Below are positions 17,942-27,699 of a stretch of DNA of 64,000 nucleotides, in pieces. Position 1 is the first letter of the stretch, and each line of letters starts with the position of its first letter. The notes beneath the pieces were generated by a model. The model saw nothing but the letters and a program-made list of their open reading frames with translations, ran no database searches and was not told the DNA's origin. A program made the position numbers and the translations under genes. The DNA is taken from positions 1 to 64,000 of the forward strand of contig JAYZEG010000011.1 of NCBI GenBank assembly GCA_036337435.1, written 5' to 3'. The DNA comes from Myxococcota bacterium (lineage in GTDB: Bacteria; Myxococcota_A; Bradymonadia; UBA7976; UBA1532).

Positions 17942-20862
17942 GATGCCTCCTCGGGATTTGCTTCCAACGGGATCGGCCGAATCATGTTTCGACGTGTCAT
18001 TGCTATCAAGAGGACGACAATCAACGCGAGGAGAACCACGATATAATTACCGAGTTCCCAGCGGGACTTCTCGTCGGGTTGCATCGACTTCAGTGTCCGG
18101 GCAAAGGCACCCGCTGATCGGATCGAGAGAAGGTCGGTATTTTGAAGTGCCCAGTCGATGGAGTTTCGGACGAACAGTGGGTTGCCCCTGAATGCGCCGC
18201 CTGTCATCTGTCGAGCTAACTCAGCCGCCAAATCCGATGCCATTTCCGATGACCCCAGAACGATCAACCTGGCGTCAGCAGGGGAGGTTTGAATGGTATG
18301 TCCTGGCTGGTCCAAAGCTCGGACGCCATTACTCCCTGAAGACAGTGGAGACGGCCGATTCTGAAAGTGGCTGTTGAAGGTGCCGACCAGACTGACAGAG
18401 ATGGGTTTGGGGCCAATCTCCGCATCTGGCGGTGGGCCAAACCCCTTTTCGGGAAACGCTCGAAAATCTGGATCTAAGCGCGTATCGATTCTCAGCCATG
18501 ATTCCGCTGAAGACCATGCAAGGTAATCCGCATCGATGCCTTCGACTTTTTCGATAATGGGCAAGCCCCGTTTATCCAGTTTGGGTTTCCCGTCTTTGTC
18601 GACGGGGGCTCTCAACGTGACGGGGGAAGACCAGAGCGCAGCCAAATTAGGTAGACCCTTCATAATGATGCTATCGGCGCTAAAACCGTCCTGTCTGATG
18701 GCCGGAAAAAACGGATAGGGCATGTATTCGATCGAGTTCATTTGGCTTCGACCGCGACGCTTCGGAACGGGAAGTGGAAAGGGTAGATTTCTCGGGTCCA
18801 TGACAAACCCATCGGTGATTTCTACGCCGTACGTCTTGAGAAGGTCGAAGACAGTGTCGTCGACTCGTTTTGTTTGCAGGCTCCCGTTCTCAAATCGAAT
18901 TTGATACATCCCGGTCATGAAGATGACTTTGCCACCACGCATAAGATATTGGTCAACGGCGTACTGATGTTTGGGTGTTAGAACCGGCGGTTTAGCCACG
19001 ATAAGAACATCGATATCAGCGGGTACGACTCCATCTTTAATATCCAAATGTCTGACCTCAAATTCACGGCTGAGTTCAGCTTGAAGCCCCTGGTAGTCGC
19101 GTTGATCTGGCTTTTTCGGTAGGCCTGGAATGCTCGGTGTGCGGTCGATTTGAACGTGGGTCACAATCCCAACGGTCTTCATAAATCCAGGCACCATCCG
19201 ACGGGCACCGGACTCAATTAAGTTCTGTACTTCGGCCTTACCCAATTCACCTTGCGGGATGATGGGAAAAGCTTTAGAGCCACTTTGGACCAAGAGTTGT
19301 AACCAAAACTTCTTCTTTGAAAAGGGATCGCTGGACATGGGTCTAAACCCGTATTCTTTCTCCAGGCGCTTGGCCAATGGAGCGTCTCGCGATGGATCGA
19401 CCATGCGGTAGGTCACTCGACCACCACTCCGAACACTCACATCCTTGGCTGCTTTGGCAATAAGGTCCGGAATCTTAATGAGCTCTCTCGGCAGGTTTGC
19501 CGGACTGATATAGCCTGTGATTTGAATGCGTGTATCCGTTGTCGCAAGAACGGACTCAAGGCTCATGAAACCCTGAGATACAGCTCGGATAGACCGAGTC
19601 ATGTCGTATTCGAGATTGCGCAGACGAACGCTCACTTCTGTGTCATCAGCATGAAATTCAATCAGGTCCGAGAAAGACAAAACCTTATATTCATCACCAT
19701 ACTGAACCAAGATGTGGAAGTAGGAATTGACGATAGATTGTTCATTTCGACCCTTAATCTTAAACGGAACACTCCGAATCCCAAATCGCTCATTGATCTC
19801 CGCCTGTAAGTCTTCATCGCTCGTCGGGTTGACGAAAGACAGTTGAACGATCCCTTCGCCCCTGACTTCATATTCTCTTAAAAAATCACGGATTCTTGGA
19901 ATCAGTGGTGCAAGCATCGGGTGGGTCTTTGAGAAATAACCAGTGATGGTCAGCGGTTCTTTCAAATCCCCTAAAATTTCAGTGGTTGTCTCACTGATGG
20001 TATATTCTTGCGCTTCTGTTAGATCGAGACGGGCACTCGTCACGGGTGCCAGCCACAGATTACCGGCGACCACGTTTAAACCGGTGAGGACAATTCCGAA
20101 TCGCAACGACGACCCGCGGCTTTCTTTATCCTTCGGTTGACCGTCCATCCGCTTCGATTCGAGGAAATAGGTATTGAGAACCAGAAAGAACACGGTGAGA
20201 CTGGCGTAGTAAAAGAAGTCTCGAAAATCGAGAACGCCTCGCTCGATACTCTCGAAGCGACTCCCTGTTCCGATCCCTCGCAAGATCTCCCCAACCTGGG
20301 TTCCGAAGAAATCTACAAACACACTGGCACCAACGAGGTACAGCGCTCCTCCGATCAAGAGGGTCACCATCAACGCAACAATTTGGTTGTCTGTTCGGGC
20401 ACTTACGCAGAGCCCGATAGCCATGTAGGTCGATGCAAGCAACAATGCTGCTACGTACCCACCTAGAACAGGACCCCAATCCAATGACCCAAGCTGCGCT
20501 ACGGTCAAAGGCAGGGGAAGGGTCAAGACCAAAGCCAAAGTGACCAGGAGCATCCCAGCGATAAACTTGCCGAGCACCAGGTCTCTGGTGCGCATCGGGA
20601 GCGTGAGTAGAATCTCCAGGGTGCCAAGCTTCTGCTCTTCACTCCACTGCTTCATCGTGATGGCGGATACCAAGAAAATCAGCAGGATGGGCAGCCAGCT
20701 AAAGAGCGGTCTCACATCGGCTAGGTTACGCGCGAAAAACTTTGCGAAGGTAAAGAAGATGCAGACCGTGGCACCCAAGAAAATACCCAGAAAAATGAGG
20801 GCCACTGGCGACAGGAAGTATGCGCTCAGCTCCTTACGTACAATGACTTTGACCGACTTCAT
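17938..20862 (-). CDS. Fused GldF-like ABC permease + GldG-like (ABC_transp_aux) protein
   Basis: KELSAYFLSP, EEQKLGTLEILLTLP, RLDLTEAQEYTISETT, DQYLMRGG, RNSIDWAL...LLSIRS. Confidence 0.9.
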   Translation of the reverse strand: MKSVKVIVRKELSAYFLSPVALIFLGIFLGATVCIFFTFAKFFARNLADVRPLFSWLPILLIFLVSAITMKQWSEEQKLGTLEILLTLPMRTRDLVLGKFIAGMLLVTLALVLTLPLPLTVAQLGSLDWGPVLGGYVAALLLASTYMAIGLCVSARTDNQIVALMVTLLIGGALYLVGASVFVDFFGTQVGEILRGIGTGSRFESIERGVLDFRDFFYYASLTVFFLVLNTYFLESKRMDGQPKDKESRGSSLRFGIVLTGLNVVAGNLWLAPVTSARLDLTEAQEYTISETTTEILGDLKEPLTITGYFSKTHPMLAPLIPRIRDFLREYEVRGEGIVQLSFVNPTSDEDLQAEINERFGIRSVPFKIKGRNEQSIVNSYFHILVQYGDEYKVLSFSDLIEFHADDTEVSVRLRNLEYDMTRSIRAVSQGFMSLESVLATTDTRIQITGYISPANLPRELIKIPDLIAKAAKDVSVRSGGRVTYRMVDPSRDAPLAKRLEKEYGFRPMSSDPFSKKKFWLQLLVQSGSKAFPIIPQGELGKAEVQNLIESGARRMVPGFMKTVGIVTHVQIDRTPSIPGLPKKPDQRDYQGLQAELSREFEVRHLDIKDGVVPADIDVLIVAKPPVLTPKHQYAVDQYLMRGGKVIFMTGMYQIRFENGSLQTKRVDDTVFDLLKTYGVEITDGFVMDPRNLPFPLPVPKRRGRSQMNSIEYMPYPFFPAIRQDGFSADSIIMKGLPNLAALWSSPVTLRAPVDKDGKPKLDKRGLPIIEKVEGIDADYLAWSSAESWLRIDTRLDPDFRAFPEKGFGPPPDAEIGPKPISVSLVGTFNSHFQNRPSPLSSGSNGVRALDQPGHTIQTSPADARLIVLGSSEMASDLAAELARQMTGGAFRGNPLFVRNSIDWALQNTDLLSIRSAGAFARTLKSMQPDEKSRWELGNYIVVLLALIVVLLIAMTRRNMIRPIPLEANPEEAS

Positions 20863-21809
20863 TGCGCATCCTCACCGCTGCTCTTCTCTTGAGCATGTTG
20901 AAACATCAAATCCCTGAAAACCTGCTCTAAGCTGGGTGTCTCAGACCTGAGTTCCAGGAGGGGCCAGCCCGCCTGGTTAATCGCTTGGGCAATACCTGGT
21001 ATGGCATGCTTGGGGTCGTCGCACTCGATCCGCCAGAAGGAGCCATCCGATCTCCGTTGGGCGTTATGGATACCACTCACACCATCGACCGATTCAAGTG
21101 CTGACCGGGGGTCTACATCATCGGCTAAGCCCAAGGTGACCACCGAATTTGTCAGCAAGCTCTCAAGTGAAGAGTCGGCGGCGAGATGACCATCGATGAG
21201 GATGACGACTCGATTACAGACCGCTTCTATTTCCGACAGAATGTGGGTGGATAAAATGACAGTGGTTGTCTCCGCTAATCGTCTGATCAAAGACCTGATT
21301 TCCAAGATTTGGACAGGGTCAAGTCCGTTCGTGGGCTCATCCAAGACCAAAACGTCCGGTTTATGAAGAATGGCTTGGGCGAGGCCCACTCTCTGCCTGT
21401 ATCCTTTCGATAGCGTGCCGATCGGCTGTAGTAGACGCTCCTGAAGGCCGGTTGCCTTGACGGCCTCGGCAACGGCTGAAACTTGTATTGCGGTGTCAAG
21501 TCCCCTGAATTGAGCCATCATTAGCAAATACTCTTGAACAAGCATTTCTCGATAGAGCGGGGCGCTTTCCGGCATATATCCAATTTGTCTCTGAACCCCG
21601 ATTCGGTCGTCCAAGACATCGATGCCACCCACAGAAATTGAGCCTGATGTCGGTTCCAGAAAACCGGTCATGATCTTCATAACCGTGGTTTTGCCCGCAC
21701 CGTTATGACCAAGAAGACCAACAATTTCCCCCCGTTTGACGTCGAATGAGACGTCGGCGACAGCTTTCAAGTCTCCATAATGTTTGACCAGATTTTTGAT
21801 TGAAATCAC
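20859..21809 (-). CDS. GldA-like ABC transporter ATP-binding protein
   Basis: GTG start at 21809 with GAGG RBS. Walker A GHNGAGKTT, LSKGYRQRV, LVLDEPTNGLDP, STH. Confidence 0.93.
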   Translation of the reverse strand: MISIKNLVKHYGDLKAVADVSFDVKRGEIVGLLGHNGAGKTTVMKIMTGFLEPTSGSISVGGIDVLDDRIGVQRQIGYMPESAPLYREMLVQEYLLMMAQFRGLDTAIQVSAVAEAVKATGLQERLLQPIGTLSKGYRQRVGLAQAILHKPDVLVLDEPTNGLDPVQILEIRSLIRRLAETTTVILSTHILSEIEAVCNRVVILIDGHLAADSSLESLLTNSVVTLGLADDVDPRSALESVDGVSGIHNAQRRSDGSFWRIECDDPKHAIPGIAQAINQAGWPLLELRSETPSLEQVFRDLMFQHAQEKSSGEDAQ

Positions 21810-21964
21810 GTTTGTGAACCTCTTTCTGCGCTGCTTGTGTTTGTTAAAAAGCAACCTGCGCACTCGTTAGAGTATGCCCACGGTGCGGTGGAGACACAAT
21901 TTTACAGCGACTTATGTTCTAAAACGGGACTGAAACTACTACATCGCTTTGAAAAAATGCACTC

Positions 21965-21987
21965 TTTGTGGTCACATGCACCACAAA
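21965..21987. promoter_or_regulatory. Inverted repeat, putative operator between divergent genes
   Basis: TTTGTGGT-N7-ACCACAAA, perfect 8-bp arms, 41 nt upstream of ATG 22029. Confidence 0.4.
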
Positions 21988-22028
21988 TGCGGATGTCTTG
22001 TTTGGGAAGTTTTGGGGAACACGCTGCT

Positions 22029-25000
22029 ATGAAAATAATGAATGGCTCCTTTTTGATGCTCAGTATCGCAGCGTGCTTTTTGTTCGCTTGTGGCTCAAAC
22101 AACGGCAATTCCGGTGGGGCTGATGGCAGCGTTGGGTCTCTGGTTCCCGAATGTCGTGACGGTGAAGATAATGATCGCGATGGTGTCATCGATCATCCGG
22201 CTGACCCTGGTTGCATGAGCCCGGATGACACAGACGAGACAGATGAGCGCGCGCCGCAGTGCACTGATGGCCTTGATAACGACGAAGATGGCGACATTGA
22301 TCTCAATGATCGCGGGTGCGACAGTCGGGATGACGATGATGAAAGCGATGAAGTGCCCCTCTCTCAATGCCGTAACGGCATAGACGATGATGAAGACGGG
22401 GACATTGACTTAGCTGACGACGGTTGTGCAAATTCAGCAGACGATGATGAATCGGATGAACCTCAACCAAGCCAATGTTCGGATGGCCTGGACAACGACA
22501 ACGACGGCTATATTGACTTTCCCGCCGATCCGGGTTGTGGCTCGGCATTCGATTCAGATGAAACTGACGACAACCGTGTCTTGCCCCAGTGCGCAGATGA
22601 ACGAGACAATGACGGAGATGGCCTGTTCGATCTAGCCGACCCTGGTTGCAGCAGCGTGGCCGATCCGAGAGAACAGAACACCGACGAACAGCCAGCGTGT
22701 AGCAATGGTCTGGATGACGATGGGGACGGTCTCGTTGATTTCCCATTGGAACCTGGTTGCAGTGCAGCAGGTGACGACGATGAACAAGACGGTGCCCGGC
22801 AGCCTGGATGCGGTAATGGTCTTGATGACGATAACGATGGTGAAATTGACTATCCACTCGACCCAGGATGCATGGGAATCGGAGACATGGACGAAACGGA
22901 CCCGACCACAGCGACGGCGTGCTCAGACAACTTAGATAATGACCGCGATGGCATGATCGATTACCCCGCGGATCCGGGTTGTATCAGTCGTGCAGATCGA
23001 AATGAACAAGCACAATGCACAGCACGGATAAACGCTGTTGAAGTGCGTGCAGGTCAAATATACCGCGGAGACTCAGGGGCAGGTCAATTCAACTTCGAAG
23101 GCTCTTGTGGTGGCCGCGGTGCAGCCGAACTGGTGTTCTATTATCGCTTAACGACTCAAGTTGAGGCTCTCGAAATAACAACTGAATTACCAGAGAACGA
23201 GCTCGAGACAGCACTCTACATCCGCCGTAACTGTGCGGATGAAGCCACTGAATTGGTCTGTCAGCGCGAAGTGCTAAACGACGGAGTGGCAGCCAATTCA
23301 TTGAGATTGGAGGAACCGATTCCAGGGGACTATTACATTTTTGTAGACGGTGCCACCGGGCAGAACGGTGCATTCGCAGTGCAAGTCAACGAGGTGCCCT
23401 TGGCTCAATGCCGGAATGGCATCGATGATGACGAGGATGGTCGGACGGATTATCCTGTCGATGCTGGCTGCCTTTCCTTATCAGACCGGGACGAGACAGA
23501 CCCCGATCAACGACCAGCCTGTTTCGATGGCGCGGACAACGACGCAGATGGCCTGACGGATTACCCCCTCGATATTGGATGTCGGGCAGCGAGTGATGAC
23601 GATGAGACGGATTCGTGCGGGCAGGGGGTCGCGTTCGAAGATTTCCCGTCTGATGAATTGTTTGTCGATGGCAATACCGATGGTGGGACGAATCAATTTC
23701 AGGGTGGCTGTGGTGGTAACAATCGGGTTGAGCGCGTTTTCCGATATGTAAATCGCTTCAACGCGAATCTCACCTTCAGCGTCAACAATGAAGAGACCAT
23801 TCCAAATACTCTGGTGTATGCACGCACGGCGTGTGCGTCGGCCCAGTCAGAACTGGCCTGCGATGCTGGTGATAGACAGAATCCTAAGGGGACCATCGAA
23901 TTAACGAATGTTGCCCCAGGCGAGGTGTTTATTTTTGTCGATACAGGCATTGGAATTGGCGGTGCCTTCAGATTGACCGTTGACATCGAGCGGTTGCCAC
24001 CGGGCTGCTCGGACAACCGAGACAACGATGGCGATGGGTCTATCGATCAAGACGATGTTGGATGCAGCGGTCCCGAGGACGAGGATGAAGCCGATGGTGA
24101 CGTTGCGCCCGCTTGCGCTGATGGTGTCGACAATGACGGTGATGGCCTCATCGACTTTCCACTTGAATTAGGGTGTTCGTATCGTGGTGGTGACTCAGAA
24201 GATGACCCCATGATTGTTCCTGCATGTGGCGATGGATTGGACAATGATGATGACGGTGTGACCGATTTTCCAGAAGAACCCGGTTGTGTTAGCCGCGGAG
24301 ATACCGACGAAGCCAATCAAGGCAGACCCCAGTGCAATAATCGAATCGATGATGATGAAGATGGCCTGACAGATTATCCACTTGACCCCGGTTGCGGCGG
24401 GGTCGGTGATTTGAGTGAAGGCGACCCGCCTACGCCACCTCAATGCGCAGACGAAGTCGACAATGACAGGAACGGGTTGGTTGATTTCCCATTCGATCCA
24501 GGTTGTCGGGCAGCCGGTGACTCAATCGAAGAACCTGCCGATATGCCAGCCGCATGCAGTGATGAGATAGACAATGATGACGACGGCATCATCGACTTTC
24601 CGCGGGAACCCGGTTGTGCTTCGGCGGGCGATACCGATGAGACTGACCCAGCCTTTCCAACCCAGTGTTCCGATGGTCGAGACAATGACAATAATGGGCG
24701 TATTGATTGGCCTGATGACCCAGGGTGTCGATTTGCAGCCGATACTCGAGAACAACTGCAGGGTAATCCACCTAAGCGTTGTGCTGACGGTGTCGACAAT
24801 GATGACGATGGATTGATCGACCTGGCGGATTCTGGTTGTCAGAATGCACGGGATAATGATGAGTCCGATGTCTTCGTCGACAATCACTGCAGTGATGGCG
24901 TTGACAATGATGGCGATGGTTTAGTCGATTGGCCCATCGATGATGGTTGTGAAGCGCAAGGCGCGCAGTGTGAGCAGCTCGGGCACGGCATCTGCGACGG

Positions 25001-25580
25001 TGAATGCCGCGACCTCATCAATGATGCCAACCACTGCGGCGCCTGCGGCCGCGTCTGCGAGGACGGTGTTGAATGTATCGACGGTTTTTGTGGTGGGCTT
25101 TACGTATTCGAAGGGATACAGCAAAACATCGCTGATGACATCTTGGGCGGATGGGAGACATGTCACAACGACCTCTACGGCGACCGCAATACCATGGTCC
25201 AGCAGATCTTAGACAACTGTAATGGTGCGTATGTGATGTTGGGTTGCAGACCGGTCGGTTCACCGACTTGGCAATTGATCGCGATGGGTGAACGAAATAG
25301 CGTGTTCACCAACACCGGCGACCGTGGGAATAATCTTAATAGCCACAATGGTGTGGACTGGTATTTTAGCACCGGCTACTCCATCGGATTTGTCGCGCCC
25401 AATTCAGGTGTATCCAGAAACTCCTGTGATACCGCGCGCAATGAATCAGAGTTCCGACTTTGCTGGCATACCAGCGGTGGACGGTTGAATGGCGGATACC
25501 GCTGTGGCGCGCGCACGGGATTGAATGGCTCTAGAGACTATGAGCGCAGGGTTTGGACCAGTGCAGCCGGGCAACCCTGA
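22029..25580 (+). CDS. Large Asp/Cys-rich repeat surface lipoprotein
   Basis: Start moved to ATG 22029 (lipobox LFAC). 19 CxDGxDNDxDGxxD(xP)xDPGC units in blocks of 8, 2 and 9, separated by two beta-sandwich domains. Then CDGECRDLINDANHCGACGRVC (MXAN_6577/Stig1-like) and a ~155-aa globular C-terminal domain. Confidence 0.88.
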   Translation: MKIMNGSFLMLSIAACFLFACGSNNGNSGGADGSVGSLVPECRDGEDNDRDGVIDHPADPGCMSPDDTDETDERAPQCTDGLDNDEDGDIDLNDRGCDSRDDDDESDEVPLSQCRNGIDDDEDGDIDLADDGCANSADDDESDEPQPSQCSDGLDNDNDGYIDFPADPGCGSAFDSDETDDNRVLPQCADERDNDGDGLFDLADPGCSSVADPREQNTDEQPACSNGLDDDGDGLVDFPLEPGCSAAGDDDEQDGARQPGCGNGLDDDNDGEIDYPLDPGCMGIGDMDETDPTTATACSDNLDNDRDGMIDYPADPGCISRADRNEQAQCTARINAVEVRAGQIYRGDSGAGQFNFEGSCGGRGAAELVFYYRLTTQVEALEITTELPENELETALYIRRNCADEATELVCQREVLNDGVAANSLRLEEPIPGDYYIFVDGATGQNGAFAVQVNEVPLAQCRNGIDDDEDGRTDYPVDAGCLSLSDRDETDPDQRPACFDGADNDADGLTDYPLDIGCRAASDDDETDSCGQGVAFEDFPSDELFVDGNTDGGTNQFQGGCGGNNRVERVFRYVNRFNANLTFSVNNEETIPNTLVYARTACASAQSELACDAGDRQNPKGTIELTNVAPGEVFIFVDTGIGIGGAFRLTVDIERLPPGCSDNRDNDGDGSIDQDDVGCSGPEDEDEADGDVAPACADGVDNDGDGLIDFPLELGCSYRGGDSEDDPMIVPACGDGLDNDDDGVTDFPEEPGCVSRGDTDEANQGRPQCNNRIDDDEDGLTDYPLDPGCGGVGDLSEGDPPTPPQCADEVDNDRNGLVDFPFDPGCRAAGDSIEEPADMPAACSDEIDNDDDGIIDFPREPGCASAGDTDETDPAFPTQCSDGRDNDNNGRIDWPDDPGCRFAADTREQLQGNPPKRCADGVDNDDDGLIDLADSGCQNARDNDESDVFVDNHCSDGVDNDGDGLVDWPIDDGCEAQGAQCEQLGHGICDGECRDLINDANHCGACGRVCEDGVECIDGFCGGLYVFEGIQQNIADDILGGWETCHNDLYGDRNTMVQQILDNCNGAYVMLGCRPVGSPTWQLIAMGERNSVFTNTGDRGNNLNSHNGVDWYFSTGYSIGFVAPNSGVSRNSCDTARNESEFRLCWHTSGGRLNGGYRCGARTGLNGSRDYERRVWTSAAGQP

Positions 25581-25635
25581 ACACGGACCTCAGCCGAGTT
25601 GCGGAGTTTTGCCCAGCTGGCTATTCTAATCGCAT

Positions 25636-27621
25636 ATGAAACCTTTTTTCGTCCTGGCTGCATTAACCCTCATTTTTGGGTGTGAAAGCGGTCCAATTGA
25701 GCCCACGCCTTTTGGCTTTGTTGAGCCGCCCGAACCCGTTCGTTCAACTGAAGCCAGGGACGAACCAACCATGGGAACACTCAATGAGAGTGCCCTCAGC
25801 GAGAGACAGATTCTTTTTGAGCAGGCTCCTGGGCAATTCCACAGCCCAGCCCAAACACGGGTGATGGGCAGCTTTCAAAGGGGCCTGGACCTCCAGGACC
25901 AAAGCCCATTTCTCGGGTCGGAGTACCGGCGAACAATTTTGACCGATGAAATTCTGGTGGGTCTTGACTGCGCTGAGACCGGGTGTATCGCAGCGTCTCG
26001 AAGCGGAGGTCTTTTTCGGACAGACACCTATGGTGATTGGCGCGCGATGCCGTCGAATTTGCCCGCACTGAAGCGCTTTTACATCGGTGTGGATGCATGG
26101 ATCGCCTGTCCTCTGTCCGGACGGAAGGCTCTGTTGAGTCAAGATAGAGGCCAGACTTGGTTACTGGCTGATTTTCACTGCTCCCGATACACGGCGAAAA
26201 CGGTGGTCAATACACCTGAAATCACAGCCGTTCTTGACGGCGACCGTTTGCGACTTGGCGGTTTTTTTGATGACTTGATTCGCTGGATACCTGCGCCTGT
26301 TGAACAGCCAGAATGTCTCTTTGTCGGGGCGGGTGCTTTGGTTGTTGTCGGCCGGTCGCATGTGGCAGTTTCAACTGACGGGGGACGCACTTATGAGACG
26401 TCCCCGAAGGCTTTTGAACTCGCACCTGTGCGCGACGGAGTGGTGACGGATAAAGGAGGAATCGTCGTCGTTGGTGATGCCCCCGCTGGTCAATCACCCG
26501 TCGCGATGAGCCATGATTTCGGAGCGTCGTGGGTCAGGCCACCATCTTGGCCCGGCCGCGATCCTCGCGCTGACTTTATTGCTCGGGCGAGAGACGGTCG
26601 TTTTGCAGTCAGCAAAGCCTTCGGGCGAGCGCACGTCTTCGTTGGCGACCCGCTCGGTGTCTACTGGAGTGAGATGGCCGCCCGTGAGTCGTCCCTCGGA
26701 CCCATCGCTCCATATCGCTCTGGATTCCTAGTCAGTACGACCCGCGGCATCGCGGTGAGTCCATCTCAGAGGGGCGTTTATCGCCTCGGTCTCGATCAAC
26801 CCATTCGAGACCTTGTGGCGATTTCGCAACATGAATACATTGGTGTTGGTGCTTATGGCGGGGTCTATCGGTCTCATGACCGTGGCTTGACTTGGTACCC
26901 AGCAGGGCCGGGTCATTCGTTGCCCTTCACTCACATTCTTCACTTAGAGGGACAGCGCTTGGTTGCTGCGGGTGCTGGGCTGATTGGTCAGAGCGACGAT
27001 GGGGGCGTGACCTGGTCTCTTCATTCGACAGAAAACGGCTGTTCGGCTGATTGGTTGGTTGGCGGGCCTGAGAGTCATTTTGTCGGCTGTGCCGATGGAA
27101 CCGTTCTGGGCCGGCGTACCCACCATGGAGGCTGGCGTCTTCTGAGCACGCCATGGGCTGTTAATTCGACGCAGGGTGTTTGGTTGCCCGATTCAGAAAG
27201 CCTAGTCTTGATGAACGTCGATACGGACCATTTGCTGAAGTCGACAGATCACGGTTACACATGGACCGAGGTCGAGTTGGATGCTGGAGAACCCATAAGA
27301 GCGCTCGATGCGGTGGGGGAAACGTTAAGTTTACGAACGGCCAGTGGGCGCCTTGCATGGACGGTAAACGGCACGCCACAATGGCAATGGCTCAGTTCGG
27401 AACGTGCTTTACTGGGGAATGCCCTGGCACATCGACGATTCAATGACGGTCGCTGGCTTGTCCTAGATGAGAGCACTCTCTGGCGTATTGAAGCCGGTCT
27501 GCAATTGGATGCCATAAGCGACTCTGCCAACGCCACCGGTCTCAAGCTTCTCAAATCGGGAGATATCGTTTTGTTGAGTCCCCAATCCACCACGTTATTG
27601 AGCCGGGTCAGCGGTCATTGA
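25636..27621 (+). CDS. Asp-box/BNR (Ycf48-like) beta-propeller lipoprotein
   Basis: Lipobox IFGC; SQDRGQTW, STDGGRTY, SHDFGASW, SHDRGLTW, SDDGGVTW, STDHGYTW. Confidence 0.85.
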   Translation: MKPFFVLAALTLIFGCESGPIEPTPFGFVEPPEPVRSTEARDEPTMGTLNESALSERQILFEQAPGQFHSPAQTRVMGSFQRGLDLQDQSPFLGSEYRRTILTDEILVGLDCAETGCIAASRSGGLFRTDTYGDWRAMPSNLPALKRFYIGVDAWIACPLSGRKALLSQDRGQTWLLADFHCSRYTAKTVVNTPEITAVLDGDRLRLGGFFDDLIRWIPAPVEQPECLFVGAGALVVVGRSHVAVSTDGGRTYETSPKAFELAPVRDGVVTDKGGIVVVGDAPAGQSPVAMSHDFGASWVRPPSWPGRDPRADFIARARDGRFAVSKAFGRAHVFVGDPLGVYWSEMAARESSLGPIAPYRSGFLVSTTRGIAVSPSQRGVYRLGLDQPIRDLVAISQHEYIGVGAYGGVYRSHDRGLTWYPAGPGHSLPFTHILHLEGQRLVAAGAGLIGQSDDGGVTWSLHSTENGCSADWLVGGPESHFVGCADGTVLGRRTHHGGWRLLSTPWAVNSTQGVWLPDSESLVLMNVDTDHLLKSTDHGYTWTEVELDAGEPIRALDAVGETLSLRTASGRLAWTVNGTPQWQWLSSERALLGNALAHRRFNDGRWLVLDESTLWRIEAGLQLDAISDSANATGLKLLKSGDIVLLSPQSTTLLSRVSGH

Positions 27622-27699
27622 GCACAAAAACGAGTGGTTGGCGTGACAAGCTGCGACTTGCAGCCTATGATGAACGTGTAAACAGATTTTGGTTGCTGC

